59,474 nucleotides of DNA from a virus (IMGVR_UViG_3300044940_000380:1-59474), one strand, 5' to 3'; counted from the first letter of the stretch, positions 28,495 through 38,328 are shown. A program made the numbers and translations. Notes: generated by a model from the sequence alone, not told the origin.

Positions 28495-29825
28495 TCACGT
28501 TCAAACATTTTCTTCTTGAATACTTAACTGACGAACAAAGAAAACGTTTTGCTCATGTAAAAATGACCGATAAAGCTCGAGCCGACACGGATCATTTCTT
28601 TGGAAAAGATAATGATATAGTTCATGGTGAAATTTCAATTGATGCAGGGCATCATGAACACAAGAGTGAAGTACATCGCGCTGTTGAACGTCATATTGGT
28701 CAAGAAATTCACCACGATGACTATCGCCGTGGATTGATAAAAGATAAGTATGGAAGAGATATTAAAATTGGACGTTTAATCAAAGACGAGAAATTAAGAA
28801 ATGCATTCGCTTCTGATTCGACAAGAGAAGGAGTAAAAAAAGGTAGTTTATTTAAAACATCAACTGTTAGAGGAATTGAAGTTGCCGGTCAAACAAATAG
28901 CACACCAGATCCACATCATCCAAAAGGACATTCTTGGGCACGGCTTAGTTGTAAAAATGTAGATACTGGTTCAAAAAAACACTATTTAGAAAATGAAATC
29001 CGTCATGGAACTGTTGTTCATCGTGTTCATGATCATACAGGACAAGAAATCTATCGCGCTACTTTACAGCCTTATCATAATGAACGAGGTGACGTAGCTT
29101 ATACCGTAGATTCAGAATATGGAATCAAAAACCCTGCCTTCACAAGAAGTGCTCATGAAGTAGCAAAAAAACTTTCTTGTGAATTCAAACCAGATTTATT
29201 CAAAAAACATCCAGAAGTATATGATGACAATGGTATAAAACATATTCTACATCCAAAAACTACACATGAAGATATTACAAAAGCTTTATCTAATAAAGAT
29301 TCTAATATAAGAGCAGCAGCAGCAAGTCATCCAAATGCAACTGCAGATCATTTACATAAAGCACTTAATGACGAAGATTGGGCTGTAAGATTAGCCGCAA
29401 CAACACACAAAAATGCAAATGCTGAACATTTACATAAGGCATTAAATGATGAATATTTTAAAATAAGAAAAATTGTTGCGAGTCATCCAAACGCAAATGC
29501 TGAACATTTGCACAAAGCGTTGAATGATGAATATTTCTTTATAAGAAAAATAGCAGCAAGTCATCCAAATGCAAATGCTGAACATTTACATAAAGCATTG
29601 AATGATGAAGATTTTTCTGTAAGAGAAGTAGCAGCAAGTCATCCAAATGCAAATGCAGAACACCTGCATAAAGCTTTAAATGATAAATATTGGATTGTAA
29701 GAGAGTCCGCAGCAAGAAATCCTAATGTTGATAAATATCATTTAGAAAGAGCATTGAATGATGAAAATGAAAGAGTAAGAAAAGCTGCAAAGGAAAATCC
29801 AAACTATAAAAGGTATTTTCAATGA
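28491..29825 (+). CDS. HEAT/LRV-like repeat protein, paralog 4 (7 repeats)
   Basis: Full N-domain including HSWARLSCKN; repeats. Confidence 0.9.
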   Translation: MITFKHFLLEYLTDEQRKRFAHVKMTDKARADTDHFFGKDNDIVHGEISIDAGHHEHKSEVHRAVERHIGQEIHHDDYRRGLIKDKYGRDIKIGRLIKDEKLRNAFASDSTREGVKKGSLFKTSTVRGIEVAGQTNSTPDPHHPKGHSWARLSCKNVDTGSKKHYLENEIRHGTVVHRVHDHTGQEIYRATLQPYHNERGDVAYTVDSEYGIKNPAFTRSAHEVAKKLSCEFKPDLFKKHPEVYDDNGIKHILHPKTTHEDITKALSNKDSNIRAAAASHPNATADHLHKALNDEDWAVRLAATTHKNANAEHLHKALNDEYFKIRKIVASHPNANAEHLHKALNDEYFFIRKIAASHPNANAEHLHKALNDEDFSVREVAASHPNANAEHLHKALNDKYWIVRESAARNPNVDKYHLERALNDENERVRKAAKENPNYKRYFQ

Positions 29826-31228
29826 TTAGATTCAAACAATTCCTTATCGAATACTTAACTGACGAACAAAGAAAACGTTTTGCTCATGTATCGATGACTG
29901 ATAAAGCGCGAGCTGATACAGATCATTTCTTTGGTAAAGGTAATGATATAGTTCATGGTGAGATTTCAACTGATGCTGGTCATCAATTTCATAAGAGTGA
30001 AATTCATCGTGCTGTTGAACGCCATCTTGGACAAGAAATTCACCACGATGACTATCGTCGTGGATTGATAAAAGATAAGTATGGTCGAGATGTGAAAATT
30101 GGACGTTTGATCAAAGACAATAAATTAAGGAATGCATTTGCTTCTGATTCGACAAGAGAAGGAGTAAAAAAAGGTAATGTATTCAAGACTTCAACGGTTC
30201 GCGGTATTGAAGTTGCCGGTCAAACAAATAGCGCACCAGATCCACATCATCCAAAAGGTCACTCTTGGGCTCAGCTGAGTTGTAAAAATGTTGTCAATGG
30301 AATAAACAGTGATTTTCTATATAATGAAATTCGTCATGGTACCGTAGTTCATCGCGTTCATGATCATACCGGCCAAGAAATTTATCGTGCTACTTTGCAG
30401 CCTCATCATAATGAAGAAGGTCATGTGGCTTATGCTGTGGATTCAGAATATGGAATCAAGAATCCAGCTTTCACAAGAAGTGCTCATGAAGTAGCAAAAA
30501 AGCTTTCTGGTGAATCCAAACCTGGTGTTTTTGTTAAACATCCACAAGTATATGATGATAATGGTATAACACATATTCTACATCCAAATGCAAATGAAGA
30601 ACATTTATATAAAACATTATCACATCCGGATGAAAAAGTAAGAAAAATGGTTTTAGATTATCCAAATCTGAAACCAAAACATATTTCAAAAGCATTAGAC
30701 GATATTTCTGATAATATAAGAATAGCTGCTGCACAACATCGAAATGCAAATCATGAAAATTTACATAAAGCATTAAATGATAATCATTATGCCGTAAAAG
30801 CAGTAGCAGCAAATCATCCAAATGCAACCGCAGAACATCTACATAAAGCATTAAATGATGAGTTTTACGGAGTAAGAGAAGCTGCTGCAAGTAATCCAAA
30901 TGCAACCGCAGAACATTTACATAAAGCACTTAACGATGAGGTTGATTATGTTAGATATGCTGCAATAAACAATCCAAATGCAAATGCTGAACATATTCAT
31001 AAAGCATTAAATGATAAAGTAATATCAATAAGAAAGGTTGCAGCAGAACATAAAAATGCAAGTGCAAATAATTTACATAAAGCATTAAATGACGAGAATC
31101 ATGCCGTGAGATTAGCTGCAATATTAAATCCAAATGCGAATGAAGAACATGCAAAGAAAGCACTAAAAGATGACTTCTATATGGTTAGAAATGTTGCAAA
31201 ACATAAATTAAATTTAAAAAATGAATAA
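29822..31228 (+). CDS. HEAT/LRV-like repeat protein, paralog 5 (8 repeats)
   Basis: Full N-domain including HSWAQLSCKN; repeats. Confidence 0.9.
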   Translation: MIRFKQFLIEYLTDEQRKRFAHVSMTDKARADTDHFFGKGNDIVHGEISTDAGHQFHKSEIHRAVERHLGQEIHHDDYRRGLIKDKYGRDVKIGRLIKDNKLRNAFASDSTREGVKKGNVFKTSTVRGIEVAGQTNSAPDPHHPKGHSWAQLSCKNVVNGINSDFLYNEIRHGTVVHRVHDHTGQEIYRATLQPHHNEEGHVAYAVDSEYGIKNPAFTRSAHEVAKKLSGESKPGVFVKHPQVYDDNGITHILHPNANEEHLYKTLSHPDEKVRKMVLDYPNLKPKHISKALDDISDNIRIAAAQHRNANHENLHKALNDNHYAVKAVAANHPNATAEHLHKALNDEFYGVREAAASNPNATAEHLHKALNDEVDYVRYAAINNPNANAEHIHKALNDKVISIRKVAAEHKNASANNLHKALNDENHAVRLAAILNPNANEEHAKKALKDDFYMVRNVAKHKLNLKNE

Positions 31229-31351
31229 TAATTTTGTAAAAATTACAAAATAAAAATTAAATATCAATGAATAACTAATTTTAGAAAATTAATTATTTAA
31301 ATATTCATAAAATTTATTTGCATTTAACAATTAAAATTAAGAATACATTTA

Positions 31352-31584
31352 TACAAACAAGGTTTATTCAAAAAACATCTATATAATGATAATGGTATAA
31401 AATATATTCTACATGCAAAAACTACACACGAAGATATTTTAAAAGTGTTAAATAATGAAATTTCTGATATAAGATTGGCTGCAGCAAGTCATCCAAATGC
31501 AAATGCTGAACATTTGCGTAGAGCGTTAAAAGATGATCATTCTAATGTAAGAATATTTGTAATGAGTAATCCAAACTTCAAATA
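31352..31584 (+). pseudogene. 3' remnant of a sixth repeat-protein paralog
   Basis: Reads GLFKKH..YNDNGIKYILH..AASHPNANAEHLRRALKDD..VR..SNPNFK* with no start or N-domain. Confidence 0.75.
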
Positions 31585-31766
31585 ATATATTTTGAATATT
31601 TTATACTCGATAAAAGAATAATCTTTGTCAATCTATTATAAAAGACTGATGATTTAGTTATACTCTTTGTTTATTATTACTTTTTTATATAAATCAAATT
31701 ATATTTGTTGACATTTGTTGTAGATGTATTTATTAAAATAACATCAGCAGAAAAAGGAATCAAAAA

Positions 31767-31922
31767 ATGTATTGGATTCAAGTTATCTCAAATCTTATTA
31801 ATGTTGACATCAACACTGCTCGTGCAATTTATGAAAAACTTAATTGGTTTGATTTCTCAGAATCTTCTAAAGAAGAAATTATTCGAGAATCCAAAAGAGT
31901 TTTGCTTTTTATGAAGTCTTAA
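31767..31922 (+). CDS. Small protein (51 aa) absent from ORF track
   Basis: TTGACA at 31708, AAAGGA RBS; MYWIQVISNLINVD... Confidence 0.65.
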   Translation: MYWIQVISNLINVDINTARAIYEKLNWFDFSESSKEEIIRESKRVLLFMKS

Positions 31923-31972
31923 ATCGTAAAAATTAAAATGAACAAACATAATAAGAATTTGATGTTTTAAGA

Positions 31973-33130
31973 ATGGAATACAATTTTCCTACAATCAGAA
32001 CAATCGATGATGTTCTTCCGCATATTTCTGGAAGATCTGAATTTATTATTGCAGAAAGACCATTTGGAAAAATTATCAACTATGCAGTTGCAATGTCGGA
32101 CACTTTTGATATGAAAGGTCCTGATGATATTGGTGGCGCTATTCGTCGAGAACTTCGTGGTATTATCTTTGATAATAAAGGTAACATCATTTCTCGTCCT
32201 TTTCATAAATTTTTTAATATTGGAGAACGCGAAGAAACAATGCCATATGTTTTAGATTTTTCTCGTGATCATATTATCACCACTAAAGTAGATGGCAGCA
32301 TGTTGCGGCCAATTGAATTTGATAATAAAATTCGTTGGGCTACTAAGATGGGTATCACTGATGTAGCAGAGTTTGCCGAAAAATACATCGAAAAAAATTC
32401 TCATTTTAATGACTTTGCTTCTTTTTGTATTTCTCAAAATCTGACTCCAATTTTTGAATATGTTGGGCCTTTCAATAAAGTAGTGCTTGATTATGAAGAA
32501 GGAATGATTCTTCTTGCTGTTCGTGAAAATATTTCTGGTAAATATTTGAATATTCATGAAGAAACTCAAGATTATTATATTCTTGAAATGATTTCTCGAT
32601 ATAACATTCCAGTTGTTCAAGTTCATTCACGTTTTGAATCTGCTAAAGCTTTGATTGAATATACAAAGCCTCTTATTGGCGTTGAAGGCTTTGTTGTAGA
32701 TTTTAACGGCCATAAACTAAAAGTAAAGGCTGATCAATATGTTATGATTCATAATATTAAAGAATTGATTCGTGAAGAGCGCAATATCGCAGCAATTATT
32801 GTAAACGAAAAATTGGATGATATCATTCCTTTTTTGGATGGACCATCTCTTGAAACCATTCGTGCATATGAAATTCGCTTTTGTGCTGCTCTTGATAATG
32901 TTTTGAATCGACTTGAAAGTCTTGTTAATCTTGCGCGAGTTCTTCATGGTGGAGTAAAGAAAGAAGTTGCAATCAACTTTGTTCAAAATCTAATTAATAA
33001 AGAAGATGCTTCATTTATTTTTTCTGCTCTTGATGGAAAAGAACTTCGTCCTTTAGTAATCAAGAAGATTAAAGACTCGGTGTCTAACGGTCAAAAATAT
33101 GAAAAACTAATGCGTTGGTTGGAAGCTTAA
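31973..33130 (+). CDS. rnlA: RNA ligase, T4 Rnl1 family
   Basis: RELRGIIF, RPFHKFFN, motif I KVDGS, TPIFEY, EGFVV, K.KA..Y. Confidence 0.9.
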   Translation: MEYNFPTIRTIDDVLPHISGRSEFIIAERPFGKIINYAVAMSDTFDMKGPDDIGGAIRRELRGIIFDNKGNIISRPFHKFFNIGEREETMPYVLDFSRDHIITTKVDGSMLRPIEFDNKIRWATKMGITDVAEFAEKYIEKNSHFNDFASFCISQNLTPIFEYVGPFNKVVLDYEEGMILLAVRENISGKYLNIHEETQDYYILEMISRYNIPVVQVHSRFESAKALIEYTKPLIGVEGFVVDFNGHKLKVKADQYVMIHNIKELIREERNIAAIIVNEKLDDIIPFLDGPSLETIRAYEIRFCAALDNVLNRLESLVNLARVLHGGVKKEVAINFVQNLINKEDASFIFSALDGKELRPLVIKKIKDSVSNGQKYEKLMRWLEA

Positions 33131-33131
33131 A

Positions 33132-33392
33132 ATGAATAAATTTATTGACCTTTCTTCTGAAGATCTTGAACAAGCTACAAAATTCTTGCATTCTATCAAT
33201 CCAAAATTGAAAGATAAAACTGTATTTGGAATTGAAAAACACAAAAATGGAGATCGAAGTGTTGTTTTTCATTTGATAGATAATAAAGATAATAATAACA
33301 CAAAAAATCAAAAAGATACACAGCTTTTTATTCTTTCTACATTATATATACTTGAACGTTTTTTTGTGGAAAATTTTTTTGATAATAAATAA
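33132..33392 (+). CDS. Hypothetical protein
   Basis: Abuts rnlA. Confidence 0.55.
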   Translation: MNKFIDLSSEDLEQATKFLHSINPKLKDKTVFGIEKHKNGDRSVVFHLIDNKDNNNTKNQKDTQLFILSTLYILERFFVENFFDNK

Positions 33393-33467
33393 TATTAAAG
33401 AACATAATCGACTATAAAAATATTTCATATATGTTAAAAGTAAATAAAAATATAAAAAGATACTATT

Positions 33468-34205
33468 ATGACAATTTTCAAAAAAATTATTAATCAAACA
33501 TTAAATAAAGTAAAAGATAATCATATTATTGTAGATGAATCGATTCGTTTTAAAATAGACTTATCTAAATTAAAAAAACTTAATGAATCATCAGTATTAA
33601 TTAATTTAAAAAATAAAAATATAGGTGATTATGGTAATCATAATCATCTTTCTGATTTATTGCACCAAGCAACTGCTAAAACTATAAATGACCAAGAAAA
33701 AAAATATATTCATCATTACACTTGCCATGATGAAGACGCCAATAAAAATTATTCTGAAAGATTAAATCATTCTTTAATAAATGGAACTGCTTTGCACGAT
33801 CATGATCAAAAAATTCATGATACAATCATGAAACACGCAAAGCCTTCCGGATATTCATTTCATTTGTTTTCTGGTGTCAAAAGAAATTTTAAAAAAATGT
33901 CAGAAGAATCTGGATCTGACACTTTTCATTTTCCGGCACATACATCAACCACGCATGACATCGAAATAGCATATGAATTTGCTTCTAAAAAAAGAGATGA
34001 TAAAAATAATATGCACCTTATTCATATTCATGTTAAACCGCAAGATAAAGTTTTACATATAAGTCGTTTTTCTGAAAATCCATATGAACACGAAACAATT
34101 TTACCTGCGGGTACTACATTAAAATATCACGGTACCACAACTGAAAAAAGAGGAAAATATTTTACTCAACACATTCATCACATGACCATTCATTCACAGA
34201 AATAA
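33468..34205 (+). CDS. ADP-ribosyltransferase (VIP2/Alt-like), His-rich
   Basis: YT..LN.SL helices, LFSG, HTSTT, EHETILPAGT (ExE) motifs. Confidence 0.7.
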   Translation: MTIFKKIINQTLNKVKDNHIIVDESIRFKIDLSKLKKLNESSVLINLKNKNIGDYGNHNHLSDLLHQATAKTINDQEKKYIHHYTCHDEDANKNYSERLNHSLINGTALHDHDQKIHDTIMKHAKPSGYSFHLFSGVKRNFKKMSEESGSDTFHFPAHTSTTHDIEIAYEFASKKRDDKNNMHLIHIHVKPQDKVLHISRFSENPYEHETILPAGTTLKYHGTTTEKRGKYFTQHIHHMTIHSQK

Positions 34206-34237
34206 GAACAGAACATAAAATTATAGAGATCATTATT

Positions 34238-34993
34238 ATGATAAGTTTCAAAAAATTTATCAATCGAGCTTTTAATAAAACAGAAAATAAGTACATTATT
34301 TTAAATGAACCAATTCATTTTAAAAAACATCAAATGAAAATAAAAGAAATTAATGAGTCAATTTCTAATTCAAAAATTTTGAATGATTTGAAATATAAAA
34401 ATTTAGAAAAATATGGTGGTCGTGAACGTCTTTCTGAAATATTACATAATTCGACTGCTAAAAATTTAAATAAAGACGAAATAAAACATATTCATTATTT
34501 TACATCTGATATTAGTCATTTTAATAAAACTTATAGAAATGGATCTACAAGATTAAATTATTCTTTAATAAATGGAACTGCTTTGCACGATCATGATCAA
34601 AAAATTCATGATACAATCATGAAACACGCAAAGCCTTCTGGGCATTCATTTCATTTGTTTTCTGGTGACAAGAGAGATTTTAAAAAAATATCAAAACGAT
34701 CTGGATCTAACATTTTTTATTGTCCAGCTCATACATCAGCAACGCATGCTATTGAAGTAGCACATGGTTTTGCTCATGAGAAAAGAGATGAAAAAAATAA
34801 TATGCACTTCATTCATATTCATGTAAATCCACACGATAAAATTTTACATGTAAGTCATTATTCTGAAAATCCAGATGAACACGAAACAATTATACCTGCG
34901 GGTACTACATTAAAATATCACGGTACTACAGTCGAAAAAAACGAGATGAATACGTATCATATTCATCATATGACCATTCACTCACAAAAATAA
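34238..34993 (+). CDS. ADP-ribosyltransferase paralog, His-rich
   Basis: LFSG, HTSAT, EHETIIPAGT; identical end HIHHMTIHSQK. Confidence 0.7.
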   Translation: MISFKKFINRAFNKTENKYIILNEPIHFKKHQMKIKEINESISNSKILNDLKYKNLEKYGGRERLSEILHNSTAKNLNKDEIKHIHYFTSDISHFNKTYRNGSTRLNYSLINGTALHDHDQKIHDTIMKHAKPSGHSFHLFSGDKRDFKKISKRSGSNIFYCPAHTSATHAIEVAHGFAHEKRDEKNNMHFIHIHVNPHDKILHVSHYSENPDEHETIIPAGTTLKYHGTTVEKNEMNTYHIHHMTIHSQK

Positions 34994-35081
34994 GTTACTT
35001 TTAAATAAATAAGTTTAGGTTTAAACAATTACATATTAAAAATTTCATTTAAAATGAAAATATAAAAGGAAAATAATAATT

Positions 35082-35530
35082 ATGATAAGCTTTAAAAAAT
35101 TTATTAATCAAGCTTTTAATAAAGTAAAAGATAATTATATTATTGTAGATGAACCAATTCATTTTAAAATGAACCGGATGCCATATGAAATAACAGATGA
35201 CGATTATGTGATTCTAGATGAACCAATTCATTTTAAAATGAACCAGATGCCATATGAAATAACAGATGACGGCTCTGTGATTGTAGATGAACCCGTTCAT
35301 TTTAGAATGAAATAGATACCATATGAATAAACTTAATGAGTCAAAGACATCAATATTAAATAAATTGTCATGTGATAATGTAAATGATTTTAAAAAAGAT
35401 TCGATCCTTTTTTCTGAATTACTTCATGATATGACAGTTAGAGATATAACAGAGGATGAAAGAGAAGATATTTAATATACTCGATTATTCTGTAAAATTA
35501 AATTATGTTCTAATAAACAGAAATAAGACA
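35082..35530 (+). pseudogene. Third ART paralog, truncated, with 3 x 69-bp internal repeat
   Basis: MISFKKFIN start; homology (KLNES, SELLHDMT) continues past stops. Confidence 0.7.
35145..35330 (+). repeat. 69-bp tandem repeat (DEPIHFKMNxMPYEITDDxxVIx)
   Basis: GAACC units at 35151, 35220 and 35289. Confidence 0.85.
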
Positions 35531-35604
35531 TTTCTATCATGAATATATTGACATTTATGAAAATTATTATATTATCGTGTATATGCTAAAAATAAAGGTG
35601 AATC

Positions 35605-36024
35605 ATGAGCTATATGAATCTTAATGAATTTTCAACGCGTTTTATTTCAAATGAATTTCAAGATTCTTCGGTTAAAAAACAAATTGAAGCCGGCTGGCGT
35701 GAATGGTCTTGTGAAAATACTTCTCTTCCAGCAAAAACAAAGAAACTTGGTAATAAAGTCATTCAATTGATGAAATCTCATAAAATGAATCCTGAAAAAA
35801 CTTATGTATTGTTTAAAAATATCCTTCCTTTAAAAGGAAGGGATTATGATTATATCAATTTTGTTGATATTGAGACTGACCATTTGCTATATACGATTGT
35901 TCCTTCTTCTGGTCATGAAAGCACAAAGGGTCAGGCTCAAGTTTGGGGTCGTGAAAATTTTTTTCAAAAACCACTTGTTGCTGGAACTTGGAAAGATATA
36001 AAAGATTTTTTTAATGTAAAATAA
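35605..36024 (+). CDS. Hypothetical protein
   Basis: TTGACA at 35548, AAGGTG RBS. Confidence 0.75.
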   Translation: MSYMNLNEFSTRFISNEFQDSSVKKQIEAGWREWSCENTSLPAKTKKLGNKVIQLMKSHKMNPEKTYVLFKNILPLKGRDYDYINFVDIETDHLLYTIVPSSGHESTKGQAQVWGRENFFQKPLVAGTWKDIKDFFNVK

Positions 36025-36083
36025 GCAAAAAATATAATTATTTCAAATTAGTTGTAAAATTTATCTTATTGAAGGAAGAAAAA

Positions 36084-36467
36084 ATGATATTAAAAACAAT
36101 ATATAGTCTTTTAATTATGCTTATTTTTTCTGTAAATTCTGCTTTTGCTAGAGATTCATTTAAATGGGGCGGTTATTATGGCGGAATTATGACAGAATCA
36201 TCTATAACTTTAGTTAGAGCAGAAACTCATTTTGCTAATTTAATAATAACAAATAGACTTAGCCCAAATTTACTTATTGATCGTATAGTGTTAAGTATAG
36301 ATGACGTAGAAGTAATAGTTACTTATGATGATAGATCCGGCAGTCAACCAGATGCTGTGACTGTGACTATTCCACCGGGATATTATATTTTACCTAATCG
36401 GGAAGAATTCATCATTCATGAAAACGATACAATGATAATTGAAATACATCAAATGTTATTGGGATGA
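36084..36467 (+). CDS. Secreted/periplasmic hypothetical protein
   Basis: Signal peptide ending in SAFA. Confidence 0.65.
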   Translation: MILKTIYSLLIMLIFSVNSAFARDSFKWGGYYGGIMTESSITLVRAETHFANLIITNRLSPNLLIDRIVLSIDDVEVIVTYDDRSGSQPDAVTVTIPPGYYILPNREEFIIHENDTMIIEIHQMLLG

Positions 36468-36547
36468 ATATTTGTAAGTAAAAAAGTGTACATTTACTAT
36501 AAACATAATAAATGCAATAATACAAATAAAAATTGGAGAAATGAATT

Positions 36548-36808
36548 TTGATTTTAAATGCTATTTACAAATATTTTAAAAGAGTAGGAATAGCATTGTC
36601 AGTTTTATTGAATACTATACTTGGTGGCTATAGTAATCAAACGTTTAGTGCAAGAAATTATGCTTGGAAAAGAGAAGGAAAACCAAATCTTGTTTGGTTA
36701 ATAGATAAAATATTCTGGTTTGACCCTAATCATTGTCTAGAATCTTGGGTTTATTGGTATACAAGAAAAAAACTTGGAGATACAAAAAATGATAACAATT
36801 TATGGTAA
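36548..36808 (+). CDS. Hypothetical protein
   Basis: LLN..LGG...QTFSAR..ID.IFW..NHC pattern. Confidence 0.65.
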   Translation: MILNAIYKYFKRVGIALSVLLNTILGGYSNQTFSARNYAWKREGKPNLVWLIDKIFWFDPNHCLESWVYWYTRKKLGDTKNDNNLW

Positions 36809-37040
36809 TGATAAATGCACGTGGTGCAAAAAGTCTAAATCAATTGCTGAACAATATAATTTAAAATATGAATATTTGAATATCGACAATAAATCCGTTT
36901 TAGAAGATTTAAGAAAACGTCTTCCAGAAGTTAAAACAATTCCACAGATTTGGTGGTCTGATCGTTATATCGGTGGTTATCATGAATTCCTGATTGCAAT
37001 ACACAATTATATAAACGAATCTAAAGAACAAAAAATTTAA
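36789..37040 (+). CDS. nrdC: Glutaredoxin
   Basis: CTWC, TIPQI, YIGGY. Confidence 0.9.
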   Translation: MITIYGNDKCTWCKKSKSIAEQYNLKYEYLNIDNKSVLEDLRKRLPEVKTIPQIWWSDRYIGGYHEFLIAIHNYINESKEQKI

Positions 37041-37061
37041 ATCAACACTTAATTATAAATT

Positions 37062-37379
37062 ATGAGATCTTCTATGAAAAAGAAAAAAAGAAAATCACTT
37101 GTGGAAGCAGAACTTTCGATGAAAAAATTTTTAGAGCGTATTGGATATACTGGAAATTTTAAAGGTCAATCTGTAAACGAAATACCAGATTATCGTATAA
37201 AATCAGATCTTCCTTCCACTTCAAACGTAATTCCAGGTAAAACACCAAAGAAAACACCAAATATATATACAGGCAATAAAATTATTGGAATTGCTGTTAC
37301 ACACAAATCTAATCTTGTACCAATCAGTAAAAATAATAAACAAGCAGCAATAGATATTGCACAGATGCGAAGAAGCTAA
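37062..37379 (+). CDS. Conserved T4-like hypothetical protein
   Basis: YTG..I.GIA..HKSNLVP..A.MRR motif. Confidence 0.7.
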   Translation: MRSSMKKKKRKSLVEAELSMKKFLERIGYTGNFKGQSVNEIPDYRIKSDLPSTSNVIPGKTPKKTPNIYTGNKIIGIAVTHKSNLVPISKNNKQAAIDIAQMRRS

Positions 37380-37505
37380 AAACTAATATAAAAAATATAT
37401 GTGAGTTTTATAAAAACTCATTTTTTGTATTAAAAAATATTTATTTAAAAATTATCAAATCTTTTTCTTTTGATAAATACCTCTATAATAATATAGAGGT
37501 ATTTT

Positions 37506-38060
37506 ATGTCAATTATAGCAGGAATTGATTACAGTTTAACCAGCCCAGCAATATGTGTACACAAAGGATCTGAATGGTCTATAGATAATTGCACCTTTTA
37601 TTACATGTCACATAAAAAACAATGGATTTCTGTAACTGGGCAATTTATCGGTGAAATATACGAAAAATTTGATTGTGATGCACATCGATATGATAATATA
37701 TCAAAGTGGTCATCAAAAATATTAAAAGAAAATAAAGTAGAAAAATGCTTTATTGAAGGATATTCCTATAATTCAATAGGAAGAGTTTTTCAAATAGCAG
37801 AAAATGGTGGTCTTCTTAAATACAAATTATGGAAAGAAAATATTCCATTTCAAGTTTTTGCTCCCTCCGAAATTAAGAAATTTGCTTCTGGTAAAGGTAA
37901 TGCAAATAAAGAAAAAATGTATAAATCATTCATAAATGAAACTAATATTGACATTCGTAAAAAACTTGATATAATTAATAAAAATATATGGAATCCTATA
38001 TCAGATATTGTAGATTCTTATTATATAGCAAAATTTGGATTTATAAAAAAAAGAAATTGA
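37506..38060 (+). CDS. RuvC-like nuclease
   Basis: IAGIDYSLTSPA, IEGYS, KKFASGKGNANKE.M, DIVDSY. Confidence 0.8.
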   Translation: MSIIAGIDYSLTSPAICVHKGSEWSIDNCTFYYMSHKKQWISVTGQFIGEIYEKFDCDAHRYDNISKWSSKILKENKVEKCFIEGYSYNSIGRVFQIAENGGLLKYKLWKENIPFQVFAPSEIKKFASGKGNANKEKMYKSFINETNIDIRKKLDIINKNIWNPISDIVDSYYIAKFGFIKKRN

Positions 38061-38112
38061 CACTTTTAAATGTTGAATATATAATCATATATTATAAAAA
38101 TAAGGGAGAATT

Positions 38113-38328
38113 ATGATGTATATTAAACGAAAAAGTGTTATTACAGGAATAGAACACACTCGTAACATTCCAGTAAATCCTGATGATTATTTTGCATGGA
38201 ACGCTGGCTTAGGTAGTATTGAAGAAATAATGCCTTATCTTAATGATAATGATCGTGAATTCATTCTTTCAGGTATTACTCCAGAAGAATGGAATTCTGC
38301 ATTTGTCTATAATGAACGGGATATATGA
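38113..38328 (+). CDS. Conserved hypothetical protein
   Basis: MP.L...REF..SGITPEEW. Confidence 0.7.
   Translation: MMYIKRKSVITGIEHTRNIPVNPDDYFAWNAGLGSIEEIMPYLNDNDREFILSGITPEEWNSAFVYNERDI

Noticed and set aside
25292-31228. 78-bp periodic repeats as a CRISPR array or DGR template/variable pair
   Set aside because: The repeats are in-frame protein repeats without unique spacers; there is no reverse transcriptase in the window and no obvious adenine-only variation
31705-31914. 69-aa ORF from the track
   Set aside because: It starts inside a promoter; the frame at 31767 has the RBS and is preferred
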